In this document: piece after piece, positions 8,819 to 17,182 of the stretch | Layout of the letters: each line of letters opens with the position of its first letter | Numbering within the stretch: the first letter of the stretch is position 1 | From: a bacterium | GTDB lineage: Bacteria > Oederibacteriota > JAAXVQ01 > JAUVAV01 | Assembly (NCBI GenBank): GCA_021108215.1 | Contig: JAIORK010000037.1 | Location: 20,352 to 84,351 of the forward strand | Length of the DNA: 64,000 nucleotides | Direction: 5' to 3' | Made by a program: the position numbers and the translations under genes | The notes under the pieces: model-generated | What the model was told of the DNA's origin: nothing | Seen by the model: the letters and a program-made list of their open reading frames with translations, nothing else | The model's database searches: none

Positions 8819-10075
8819 ATGACATATTTACCTCGTTTTTCAGAAAAAAAAATCCAGCAGCTTACCAGGCAATTCGGCGCCATTCTGCTTACCGGCCCGC
8901 GCCAGGCCGGTAAAACCACGCTGTTGACCCACGCAGCCAGACAGCTTTTCAAATCAAACTTCTCAACCTTTTCCTTTGACACACCCAGTGAGATGGATAC
9001 TTTTCGCCGCGATCCTGACCTTTTTTTTCTCAATCATCCCGGAATCCTGCTCCTGGATGAAGTCCAGCATGTTCCTGATATCTTCCCCTATTTAAAAAGT
9101 GAAATTGATAAAACTCCCGGTAAATTCCGTTTTTTTATTACCGGCTCCCAACATTTCGCCCTCATGAAGGGTGTAAGTGAGTCCCTTGCCGGACGGGCGG
9201 CTATATTGGATCTTTGGCCCCTGGCGCAACAAGAACTATACAAATCCAATTTGGAACACACACTTCATTTCCTGGAAAATCCTGCTGCTTTATCCACACT
9301 AAGAAAAAAAGAATTCCCGGTTAATGACAAACAGCATATCGTTCCAGCCATACTTAATGGCGGTTATCCACCTGTAGCTCTAACTGGTTTACCACCTACA
9401 GAGTGGTTTGAATCATATCGCCGCACTTATTTGCAGCGAGATATCCGGCAACTTAGCCAGGTCGGCGACTTAGGCCGATTTGACCGCTTTTTGACCCTTT
9501 GCGCGGGCCGCTCGGGAACCATTTTAAATAAAGCTGAATTCTCCCGTTCACTCTCGATTGACAATAAAACCGTAGATCATTGGCTTTCCCTGCTGGAGAG
9601 CAGTTATCAAATGATCTCCCTGCCGGCCTATCATGCCCATACCACCAAACGCATTACCAAGCGGCCCAAGTGGATTTTCGCAGACAGCGGCCTGGGTCTT
9701 CACCTCCAGGGTATCCGCGACATGTCAGGCCTGCTGTCAGCTCCGCATTTCGGACATCTGTTTGAAGCCTTTGTGACCATGGAGATCCGCAAAATTTTCA
9801 GTCATACCGGCAAACCCTGGAATGCTTTTCATTTCCGCGATGCCGTTGGTTTGGAATGCGATTTGGTGTTGGCAAAAGGCGGCCTCCTGCTTCCCATTGA
9901 AATCAAGCATACCGCCGGACCCACTACCTCCGATCTGGCGCCGCTCCGATGCTTTATGGAACTTTATCCAAAAAACACTCCTTATGGTTTGATGATTTCG
10001 CTTAATCCCAAAGTCGAACAACTCAGTCCCAATATTTTCAACCTGCCTTTGGGCATGATTCTAACAGGTGCCTAA
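8819..10075 (+). CDS. AAA-type ATPase with a DUF4143-like C-terminal domain
   Basis: The 418-aa product has Walker A LLTGPRQAGKTTLL and a Walker B-like ILLLDEVQ. Its overall length and layout match the common AAA_14 plus DUF4143 ATP-binding proteins. Its orientation is opposite to the surrounding array. Confidence 0.65.
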   Translation: MTYLPRFSEKKIQQLTRQFGAILLTGPRQAGKTTLLTHAARQLFKSNFSTFSFDTPSEMDTFRRDPDLFFLNHPGILLLDEVQHVPDIFPYLKSEIDKTPGKFRFFITGSQHFALMKGVSESLAGRAAILDLWPLAQQELYKSNLEHTLHFLENPAALSTLRKKEFPVNDKQHIVPAILNGGYPPVALTGLPPTEWFESYRRTYLQRDIRQLSQVGDLGRFDRFLTLCAGRSGTILNKAEFSRSLSIDNKTVDHWLSLLESSYQMISLPAYHAHTTKRITKRPKWIFADSGLGLHLQGIRDMSGLLSAPHFGHLFEAFVTMEIRKIFSHTGKPWNAFHFRDAVGLECDLVLAKGGLLLPIEIKHTAGPTTSDLAPLRCFMELYPKNTPYGLMISLNPKVEQLSPNIFNLPLGMILTGA

Positions 10076-10076
10076 T

Positions 10077-10181
10077 TCATGGTATCAACCGGCCCTGGTA
10101 GTTGAGGGTGTTGGGTATGTCGGCAAACACACAATTGCAAATACCAATCATCACAATAAACACCAGTTTTTTTCTAAACAT
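10077..10181 (-). pseudogene. 5' fragment of a further tail-fibre-like paralog, truncated after 34 codons
   Basis: The minus strand encodes MFRKKLVFIVMIGICNCVFADIPNTLNYQGRLIP followed by a stop. Homology to the family N-module ends at about 10082, a few nt from the stop of the ATPase gene. Confidence 0.7.
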
Positions 10182-10295
10182 CATTAAGTTCCCCCTGGCT
10201 TGCGGTTTATTATTTTTCCCTTGTCCGCAGTTTGTCATTGCTTTATACTTCAATTAGCAAGACACAAGTTCGCGTCCTTTTTTTAGGAGTATATA

Positions 10296-10670
10296 ATGTC
10301 TGAACCACTAAAACATATATCCATTCCACAACAACAATCCGGCAAACTTTTTCCCACTGATTCTGTTGGTGCTGTTGTCAAAGCAATCATTGATAATTTT
10401 TCACCTAAAAAAATAATCATTTTTGGCTCCTATGCCGCTGAAAAACAAACACCGGAAAGCGATCTTGATTTGTTAATCATCATGGATACCGAACTGCCTC
10501 CACATAAGCGTTCCGTACCTGTGCGTCTGCTTTTCAAACCCATGCCCTGCGTCATGGACTTGCTGATCTATACACCGTCAGAGATTAACTACTGGAACGG
10601 CACAGCCAACCATATCATTACCCATGCCCTCCGCACCGGAAAGGTTCTCTATGCGCAGCCAACACATTGA
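10296..10670 (+). CDS. Minimal nucleotidyltransferase (MNT-type antitoxin-like)
   Basis: It has the IIIFGSYAAEKQTPESDLDLLII motif (GS...DxD) of polymerase-beta-fold nucleotidyltransferases. It overlaps the downstream HEPN gene. Confidence 0.75.
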   Translation: MSEPLKHISIPQQQSGKLFPTDSVGAVVKAIIDNFSPKKIIIFGSYAAEKQTPESDLDLLIIMDTELPPHKRSVPVRLLFKPMPCVMDLLIYTPSEINYWNGTANHIITHALRTGKVLYAQPTH

Positions 10671-11043
10671 ACTGTCCACACAGTGGCTTAAAAAAGCCGG
10701 TCATGATCTTATTACTGCTCATCAAACGCTATTGCTGCCGGACGGACCCACTGATACTGTGGCTTTTCACGCCCAACAAGCAGTAGAAAAATCACTAAAA
10801 GCTTTTCTTACCCTCCGGCAAATTGAATTTCCCAAAAGCCATGAATTGGTACGCCTCCTGGACATGGCTGTTCCGCTCCTTTCTGAACTGGATCAATTCC
10901 GCCAAGCTTGCGCTGAATTGTCAGACTATGCGGTTGAAATCCGCTATCCCACGGAAAGCCTTGAACCTTCCCGCGCAGAGGCTGTTTCCGCCGTCGATAT
11001 GGCGGAGGAAATAGTCAAAACAATTCAGGATCATATGCCATAG
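10651..11043 (+). CDS. HEPN-domain protein (partner of the MNT)
   Basis: AFHAQQAVEKSLKAFLT..EFPKSHELVRLL matches the HEPN (PF05168-like) helix pattern. I chose the start at MRSQHIEL, which overlaps the MNT stop by about 20 nt. The track ORF starts at 10624. Confidence 0.7.
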   Translation: MRSQHIELSTQWLKKAGHDLITAHQTLLLPDGPTDTVAFHAQQAVEKSLKAFLTLRQIEFPKSHELVRLLDMAVPLLSELDQFRQACAELSDYAVEIRYPTESLEPSRAEAVSAVDMAEEIVKTIQDHMP

Positions 11044-11103
11044 TAAAAACACCTGCTACATCTGCAATTATTAAAGGATTTAGTTGTATTTTCAAGTCTC
11101 CGG

Positions 11104-11123
11104 ATTCCCGCTTTCGCGGGAAT
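11104..11123. terminator. Perfect 8-bp hairpin ATTCCCGC-TTTC-GCGGGAAT between convergent genes
   Basis: It lies between the HEPN stop (+ strand) and the stop of 11177..11971 (- strand). It has the ATTCCC-N8-GGGAAT palindrome shape of a widespread REP-like class. No clear U-tract follows on either strand, so a terminator role is uncertain. Confidence 0.3.
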
Positions 11124-11176
11124 GACTGACAATAAATCCCCCGCCCCCCTTTACAAAAAAAAGTGTGTTTATCCTA

Positions 11177-11971
11177 CTATTTTTTCAATTCAACAACTGC
11201 AATAGACAAAGAATCATGTCCATCCATTTTGATAGTCCCGCCACCGCTATATCGAGACCATTGTAGTTTTGCTGTATAGTTGCCAGCAGGAACATTTTCT
11301 ACCACGCAAGTAAAGCCGCCTGCAAAATGCCTTGTTGCCATAAGACTTAGTAAATAGCCCCCCTCAAAGGGACCATAATATTGATTATCAATATTTAGGC
11401 GAAATTTAACGACACCTGAATCACCATCCATCCAGCACGAATAATCCGCATTAACCAAAAGAGGATAACCAGAAGGTAAAATGTCAAATTCAATAACATC
11501 TTCCCACGAGGATGATGTTGTCGATCGACCACTCATAGTTTGTATTTTACAACTCCAATAATCTGTCACTGCTTTTTGCGCCAATTTATCAGTCGTTATC
11601 GCCCCATCAGCCACCGTCATGGCATAGGCCGAAGTGCCCAATTTTTGCCTAGGTGTCATCTCTACATTGATGCCAACCTGGATACCGACCCAGAGGGGTT
11701 TATTGAAAATGGCGGGAGTCAAGGCGGTGGAATTGCCAAGTACAGTATTGAAATAACCATTGTTGGTTACTACACTTTGCGCTTCTTCCCAGACCATGGT
11801 ACCGCCGCTTTCTGCTGTGTAGAGGCGAAAGGCTACAGAATACTGGCCATCCACAACCGGTTGCTGAACACTATCCATCAACCGGCCTTGGTAGTTGAGG
11901 GTGTTTGGGATGTCGGCGGATACTCCTGCGGCAATAACTATTAGTGTTATTGCCAGTAGTATTTTTTTCAT
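11177..11971 (-). CDS. Secreted tail-fibre-like protein, paralog family member, with a beta-rich type-B tip
   Basis: The signal peptide is MKKILLAITLIVIAAGVSA (start trimmed to 11971), followed by the family N-module. The C-terminal ~130 aa is a non-collar domain ending in HDSLSIAVVELKK. Confidence 0.6.
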   Translation of the reverse strand: MKKILLAITLIVIAAGVSADIPNTLNYQGRLMDSVQQPVVDGQYSVAFRLYTAESGGTMVWEEAQSVVTNNGYFNTVLGNSTALTPAIFNKPLWVGIQVGINVEMTPRQKLGTSAYAMTVADGAITTDKLAQKAVTDYWSCKIQTMSGRSTTSSSWEDVIEFDILPSGYPLLVNADYSCWMDGDSGVVKFRLNIDNQYYGPFEGGYLLSLMATRHFAGGFTCVVENVPAGNYTAKLQWSRYSGGGTIKMDGHDSLSIAVVELKK

Positions 11972-11979
11972 CGTCTCCC

Positions 11980-12801
11980 TCATTTCTTTAACTCAAGCAC
12001 TGAAATCGAAATATAATCATTTAATCCCATTGTGACCGTGCCGCTTCCCGTGGTTCTATTACATTGTAAATGAGCAATATACTCCCCTGACGGCACACCT
12101 TCTATCACATATGAGAAACCGCCAGATTTGTATTCAAAAGCCACAGCATATAAATTGGTCCCTGTTTCTGAAGGCGCGTAATAATTATCTCCAATTTTTA
12201 TTCTAAACTTACTTAAACCACCAACATTTCGGCCACATGAGTATTTAGCATCAATCAGTAACTTGCCCCCATCTGGTTTAATATTGAATGAAGCCATTGT
12301 ATGCCATCCCGGTCCATCGGTTGCGACATCAGGATTACTGTCATGATAGTTCCAGCAATTTGTGATCGCATTAACCGCAACTTTACTGCTTGTAATTGCG
12401 CTGTCAGACACTTTGTTTGTAGTAATCGCCCCGTCCGCCACTGTCATAGCATAGGCTGATGTTCCCAATTTCTGTCTCGGTGACAACTCAACATTTGTTC
12501 CAACTTGGACACTTACCCAAAGTGACTGGTTAAATATTGAGGGTGTCAATGCAGTGGAATTGCCAAGCACTGTGTTGAAATATCCGTTTTGTGTCGCTAC
12601 TGGTTGCGCTTCTTCCCACACCATAGTTCCGCCACTTTCCGCTGCATAGAGACGAAAGGTTACTGCGTATTGACCGTCCACAACCGGTTGCTGAACACTA
12701 TCCATCAACCGACCTTGGTAATTTAGGGTGTTGGGGATGTCGGCGAAGGCATGAGTGGTTATGATTATCATCATAAAGCTTAAAAGTATTAATTTTTTCA
12801 T
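11980..12801 (-). CDS. Secreted tail-fibre-like protein, paralog family member, with a type-B tip
   Basis: The start is trimmed to MKKLILLSFMMIIITTHAFA, followed by the N-module. AIT..K fibre repeats are present (ITTNKVSDSAITSSKVAVNAIT). The tip ends in NDYISISVLELKK and is related to the 11177 tip (YSC...KFR..I.NYY...GGF..V.E.VP.G.Y.A.LQ). Confidence 0.6.
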   Translation of the reverse strand: MKKLILLSFMMIIITTHAFADIPNTLNYQGRLMDSVQQPVVDGQYAVTFRLYAAESGGTMVWEEAQPVATQNGYFNTVLGNSTALTPSIFNQSLWVSVQVGTNVELSPRQKLGTSAYAMTVADGAITTNKVSDSAITSSKVAVNAITNCWNYHDSNPDVATDGPGWHTMASFNIKPDGGKLLIDAKYSCGRNVGGLSKFRIKIGDNYYAPSETGTNLYAVAFEYKSGGFSYVIEGVPSGEYIAHLQCNRTTGSGTVTMGLNDYISISVLELKK

Positions 12802-12845
12802 TGTTTCAATCCTCGCCATTAAACTAGAATTTAATAACCAATTAT

Positions 12846-13643
12846 TCAATTTCCAAAAGCCATAACTGATAAATTGCCACGTTGAAACTTCACTGTACTA
12901 TTAGCGGTATAACCATATATTTTAATGTTGTGGCTACCTGCTTCTACTGGATAAGTCGTTATAATGGGTAAAGTAATTAAAAAACCATCATCTTGAGCAT
13001 AGTGGGGCTTCCAAATAGCTTCTGCTTCGGGAATTTGTGCAGAATCAATCTCCAATTTAATATAAAGTGCTATTTCTTTAGTATGATGATAAAGCTGGAC
13101 GGTAGATGATATTAATAATACTGAAGGTGTATCAACAGTAATAGTTGTTTCCAGCAATTCAACGAGTTCGCTAGCTGTCAGATTTATTTCAGATGTTGTT
13201 CCAATTCTTGTCCATCGCGGTTTCAACTTACTCGAAGTAACCTCTCCATCTGCAATTTTTTCTGTAGTAATCGCCCCATCTGCCACAGTCATGGCATAGG
13301 CTGATGTGCCTAACTTCTGCCGAGGCGTCATTTCTGCATTGGTGCCAACTTGGATACCGATCCAGAGGGATTGATTGAATATTGAAGGTGTCAAGGCTGT
13401 AGAATTTCCGAGTACTGTGTTGAAGTAGCCATTTTGTGTCGCTACAGATTGCGCTTCTTCCCAGACCATGGTACCGCCGCTTTCTGCTGTGTAGAGGCGA
13501 AAGGCTACAGAATACTGGCCATCCACAACCGGTTGCTGAACACTATCCATCAACCGACCTTGGTAATTTAGGGTGTTGGGGATGTCGGCGAATGACATGG
13601 CTGGAATTGCCGCCAGAAGCAAACACATTATTATTTTTTTCAT
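12846..13643 (-). CDS. Secreted tail-fibre-like protein, paralog family member, with a divergent type-B tip
   Basis: The start is trimmed to MKKIIMCLLLAAIPAMSFA, followed by the N-module. The tip ends in EAGSHNIKIYGYTANSTVKFQRGNLSVMAFGN. Confidence 0.6.
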   Translation of the reverse strand: MKKIIMCLLLAAIPAMSFADIPNTLNYQGRLMDSVQQPVVDGQYSVAFRLYTAESGGTMVWEEAQSVATQNGYFNTVLGNSTALTPSIFNQSLWIGIQVGTNAEMTPRQKLGTSAYAMTVADGAITTEKIADGEVTSSKLKPRWTRIGTTSEINLTASELVELLETTITVDTPSVLLISSTVQLYHHTKEIALYIKLEIDSAQIPEAEAIWKPHYAQDDGFLITLPIITTYPVEAGSHNIKIYGYTANSTVKFQRGNLSVMAFGN

Positions 13644-13660
13644 TTCACTGCCTCCAGCTT

Positions 13661-14527
13661 TCATTGTTTAATAATGAACATCATTGCTATATTCTTTGGA
13701 CGTGTTTCATTGCCGCCTGTTACCTCGCAACCTTCTGTAAATTCATTCATTCCATACACACCTCTCATTACACTCATTGTTCCGGCTGTTGTTCCATAAA
13801 TTGCTGGTTTTTGTCTGTGATCATGACTTTGTATTTCGAAATCCTGTTTTGTTCCCACAATATCCCCAGTTGCTCCGTCGCCACGTGCAGTCCTTGATGT
13901 TGCATCAGGATCTACTCCTGCACCATGACTCCAGCCTCTTGGAAAATACCCTCTGAAGTCCGGAATATTAAAATCCGTACCTGAACCACCATATGAGTAT
14001 CCTATGGCAGCAAATAAGTGGGGGTACGAAGAAGTGCTTAACCTGTTGCCAGCACATTCCATCCATCCATCCGGCGCTGTCTCCATAGGCCACATCACAA
14101 TCGTACCACTCGGTACAACTCCCCAACCTGAGGCAACTTTGTTAGCTGTAATCGCCCCATCTGCCACTGTCATGGCATAGGCGGAAGTTCCTAGCTTTTG
14201 CCTCGGTGTCATCTCTGCGTTTGTGCCGACCTGGATGCCCACCCAGAGGGGTTGATTAAAAATGGATGGTGTCAAGGCTGTAGAATTTCCGAGTACTGTG
14301 TTGAAGTAGCCGTTTTGTGTTGCTACACTCTGTGCTTCTTCCCAGACCATGGTGCCGCCACTTTCGGCAGCATAGAGACGGAAGGTTACTGAGTATTGAC
14401 CATCTGTAACCGGTTGCTGTGTACTATTCATCAAACGGCCTTGGTAGTTGAGGGTATTGGGGATGGCGGCTTTAATAGAAAAAGGTAAAATAAAAATTAT
14501 TGTAAAAATGAGTAAACAATGTTTCAT
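13661..14527 (-). CDS. Secreted tail-fibre-like protein, paralog family member, with a canonical phage tail-collar domain
   Basis: The N-module is followed by GTIVMWPMETAPDGWMECAGNRLSTSSYPHLFAAIGYSYGGSGTDFNIPDFRGYFPRG..QSHDH..ETRPKNIAMMFIIKQ. This is a close match to the tail-collar consensus (P.GW..C.G..L....Y..LF..IG..YGG.....F..PD.RG). Confidence 0.75.
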   Translation of the reverse strand: MKHCLLIFTIIFILPFSIKAAIPNTLNYQGRLMNSTQQPVTDGQYSVTFRLYAAESGGTMVWEEAQSVATQNGYFNTVLGNSTALTPSIFNQPLWVGIQVGTNAEMTPRQKLGTSAYAMTVADGAITANKVASGWGVVPSGTIVMWPMETAPDGWMECAGNRLSTSSYPHLFAAIGYSYGGSGTDFNIPDFRGYFPRGWSHGAGVDPDATSRTARGDGATGDIVGTKQDFEIQSHDHRQKPAIYGTTAGTMSVMRGVYGMNEFTEGCEVTGGNETRPKNIAMMFIIKQ

Positions 14528-14536
14528 AATTCCACC

Positions 14537-15448
14537 TCAATCCTTTACTTCCATGTCATTACCGCCAAAAGCAATGACTGACAATTCTGCATACACAACT
14601 TTTGCCAGATTATCGTTCCCCTGTGCCCAAACGTAGATAGAAATATTATGTTGGCCTGCTGATACTTCTTGCAATGTCATCATAGGTATCACACTATTAG
14701 GACCATCACCACTTGTTGCATAACCTTCATATTGAAAAAAGACGGGATCTGTTTCTATCCATGTTTCATCCAGTTTAATTTTAAATGATATACCCTGCAA
14801 TGTTTTAGAATGTGTGACAGAACCATAAAATAATATTTGCAGTATAGAATCGCTTTCAACTTCTATCTTCAAATCCAATTCAGGTATGTGCTTATCTCCG
14901 GTATTGCCTGCAATTTCCACGTCCGGTTCAAAGTCAATTGCTTTCTTTGCATAACCTAATTTCATCTTTGATAAAGTAACCGCTTTATCAGCAATATCAT
15001 TTTCTTCAATCCCTCCATCTTTTATCTTGTTTGAAGTAATAGCATTATCTTTAAGCTTATCTGTTGTAATCACATTATCAGCAACCCCTATTGCATACGC
15101 TGCAGTGCCAAGTTGTTGCCTTGGTGTCATTTCTGCACCAGTTTCCATCTGAACACCTATCCATAATGATTGATTGAAATCTCCCATATTCAAACTAGTT
15201 ATATTCCCCAACACTGCATTGAAGTATCCGTTTTTCGTTGTTACGATTTGTGCTTCCTGCCACAAAATATTTCCGGCTACAGGAGTGGTATATAATCGAA
15301 AGGTTACAGAACAATCTTTGTCTGCGACCGGATGGTTTTCATTAACCATCAACCGGCCTTGATAGTTGAGTGTCTTAGGGATGTCGGCATGAGAACTGGT
15401 ATTTATCGTTAGTAATACCATAAAAACAATCATAATTATTTTCTTCAT
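14537..15448 (-). CDS. Secreted tail-fibre-like protein, the most divergent paralog, with a type-B tip
   Basis: The signal peptide is ...INTSSHA and the N-module is diverged (DIPKTLNYQGRLMVNENHPVADKDCSVTFRLYTTPVAGNILWQEAQ). The fibre repeat stretch is extended (ITTDKLKDNAITSNKIKDGGIEENDIADKAVTLSKM). The tip ends in SAGQHNISIYVWAQGNDNLAKVVYAELSVIAFGG. Confidence 0.6.
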   Translation of the reverse strand: MKKIIMIVFMVLLTINTSSHADIPKTLNYQGRLMVNENHPVADKDCSVTFRLYTTPVAGNILWQEAQIVTTKNGYFNAVLGNITSLNMGDFNQSLWIGVQMETGAEMTPRQQLGTAAYAIGVADNVITTDKLKDNAITSNKIKDGGIEENDIADKAVTLSKMKLGYAKKAIDFEPDVEIAGNTGDKHIPELDLKIEVESDSILQILFYGSVTHSKTLQGISFKIKLDETWIETDPVFFQYEGYATSGDGPNSVIPMMTLQEVSAGQHNISIYVWAQGNDNLAKVVYAELSVIAFGGNDMEVKD

Positions 15449-15476
15449 TTCAGCCCTTCCTTTACGTCAATATTTG

Positions 15477-15506
15477 TGTAGGGGCAATTCATGAATTGCC
15501 CCTACA
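15477..15506. repeat. REP-like perfect 30-nt palindrome TGTAGGGGCAATTCA/TGAATTGCCCCTACA
   Basis: Read directly from the sequence. It is intergenic, between the stop of 15508..16335 and the start of 14537..15448, and has a GTAG 5' motif on both strands. Confidence 0.75.
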
Positions 15507-15507
15507 A

Positions 15508-16335
15508 TCATTTTATTTTTATTATCCATACAACTGACATATTAATTGGTCTTGTTTCATCTCCTGCATCCGCGCCCGTCACATTACCAACAGTGGCATT
15601 ATCCGAGTCTATACTATATTTGTCATTTCCACTGTCTGCATCCTTTGAAGAAGACTTTCTTCTTTTAGCAGATGTTGTATGCCCATGTTGTCGAAGTTGG
15701 TCCGCTTGGGGTGTGCCCGAAATATTACTTCCGCGAAGAAATCTTTTCTCACCATTTAGATCTGGAACAATTCCACCGTGATAAGGACTTTCCAAATCGT
15801 CTACTATCTGACCATTACACTCCACAAATTGATTAGGCAAATCAGGTGTAACAGCTAAATATGACTTATGCCAAGCCAAGATTGTTCCTATGGGAATATC
15901 TGCACCAGGTGCAATTTTATCAGCAGTAATTGATCCATTTGCTATTTTCCCAGTTGTAATCCCTCCATCCACCACGGTCATGGCATAGGCTGATGTGCCT
16001 AACTTCTGCCGAGGCGTCATCTCAGCATTATTTCCCACCTGAATGCCTACCCATAGAGGTTGATTGAAAATCGAGGGTGACATGGATGTCACCGCTCCCA
16101 AAGTTGTGTTGAAATATCCGTTTTTCACATTCACAGACTGCGCTTCTTCCCATACCATAGTTCCACCGCTTTCTGCAGCATAGAAACGGAAGGTTACTGC
16201 ATATTGACCGTCGACAGCAGGTTGGTTAGCGCTATTTATCAATCGGCCCTGGTAATTGAGGGTGTTGGGAATGTCGGCAAATGAAACCGATGCTATTGAA
16301 ACTATAATTATGAGTACCGTGATTATTTTTTTCAT
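15508..16335 (-). CDS. Secreted tail-fibre-like protein, paralog family member, with a collar-like tip
   Basis: The N-module is followed by IGTILAWHKSY..PNQFVECNGQ..VPDLNGEKRFLRG..RQHGH..ETRPINMSVVWIIKIK. The C-terminal 16 aa are identical to those of 7876..8712. Confidence 0.65.
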   Translation of the reverse strand: MKKIITVLIIIVSIASVSFADIPNTLNYQGRLINSANQPAVDGQYAVTFRFYAAESGGTMVWEEAQSVNVKNGYFNTTLGAVTSMSPSIFNQPLWVGIQVGNNAEMTPRQKLGTSAYAMTVVDGGITTGKIANGSITADKIAPGADIPIGTILAWHKSYLAVTPDLPNQFVECNGQIVDDLESPYHGGIVPDLNGEKRFLRGSNISGTPQADQLRQHGHTTSAKRRKSSSKDADSGNDKYSIDSDNATVGNVTGADAGDETRPINMSVVWIIKIK

Positions 16336-16387
16336 GTGTCAACCCCCATTGTTTCTTTCTTTTCTCCTGTCATCCCCACCCTTTTGT

Positions 16388-17131
16388 TTATTCTTTCTCG
16401 CAAAACACACAATCAATATAGGGTGGCAAGCTACTCGCATCATCCACTGTATGCGTATGTTGCCCATTGGAGCTGGTTGTACCACTATAGGTATGTCTAT
16501 GGTGATTATCCGCTACACGGTTTCCGCTGCTGTTTTCCCCTTCTGTAACACTATCTTCTTCACTTGTCGTTCCACTATAAGAATGGTTGTGGCTACCGGC
16601 TTCCTGCATAGTATGCGTATGCGTTTCACTCCCGCCTGTAGCACCGTATTCTGAAGCACCTCTTACAAATTTGCCGTCAAATTCTCCCACCCGCTTGTAA
16701 CCAATAGGACAGGTTGCTCCGCGCCATAGGATGATCGCGCCTTGGGGCACAGCATTTTGTCCACCCGCCACGGACATGGCATACGGCGCAGCACCTAACT
16801 TCTGTCGGGGGGTCATTTCGCTCTTATCACTAATCTGAATTGCCATCCATAAAGCCTGGTCGAATAATGCGGGACTTAATGCGCTTGATCCGCCTAAAAC
16901 AGTATTAAAATACCCGTTGCTTGCCGTCACTGTCTGCGCTTCTTCCCATACCATAGTTCCTCCGCTTTCTGCGGTATAGAGACGAAAGGTTACGGAATAA
17001 TTACCTTTCGCTACGGGTTGATGGGCGCTATCCATCAGCCGTCCCTGGTAGTTGAGGGTGTTGGGAATGTCGGCGAAAGCTATTCCGGCTGTCACCCAAA
17101 TCACTGCCAGAATCAATATTGTTTTTTTCAT
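16388..17131 (-). CDS. Secreted tail-fibre-like protein, paralog family member, with a collar-like tip rich in HxH motifs
   Basis: The N-module is followed by GAIILWRGATCPIGYKRVGEFDGKFVRGAS..GGSETHTHTMQEAGSHNHSYSG..NHHRHTYSG..GQHTHTV..LPPYIDCVFCEKE. Confidence 0.6.
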   Translation of the reverse strand: MKKTILILAVIWVTAGIAFADIPNTLNYQGRLMDSAHQPVAKGNYSVTFRLYTAESGGTMVWEEAQTVTASNGYFNTVLGGSSALSPALFDQALWMAIQISDKSEMTPRQKLGAAPYAMSVAGGQNAVPQGAIILWRGATCPIGYKRVGEFDGKFVRGASEYGATGGSETHTHTMQEAGSHNHSYSGTTSEEDSVTEGENSSGNRVADNHHRHTYSGTTSSNGQHTHTVDDASSLPPYIDCVFCEKE

Positions 17132-17182
17132 TTTGTGCCTCCTTCTTAGGGGTGAATACGCCAGCCCAAAAGATAATTTGTT

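Noticed and set aside
10296-11043. The MNT/HEPN pair as something novel
   Set aside because: It has the standard minimal nucleotidyltransferase plus HEPN module architecture with overlapping genes. It is noteworthy only for its position inside the array.
7876-17131. A diversity-generating retroelement or invertase-driven shufflon as the cause of the variable C-termini
   Set aside because: There is no reverse transcriptase, template repeat, recombinase or invertase gene, and no inverted crossover sites in the window. The tips differ in fold class, not at a few adenine-linked codons.
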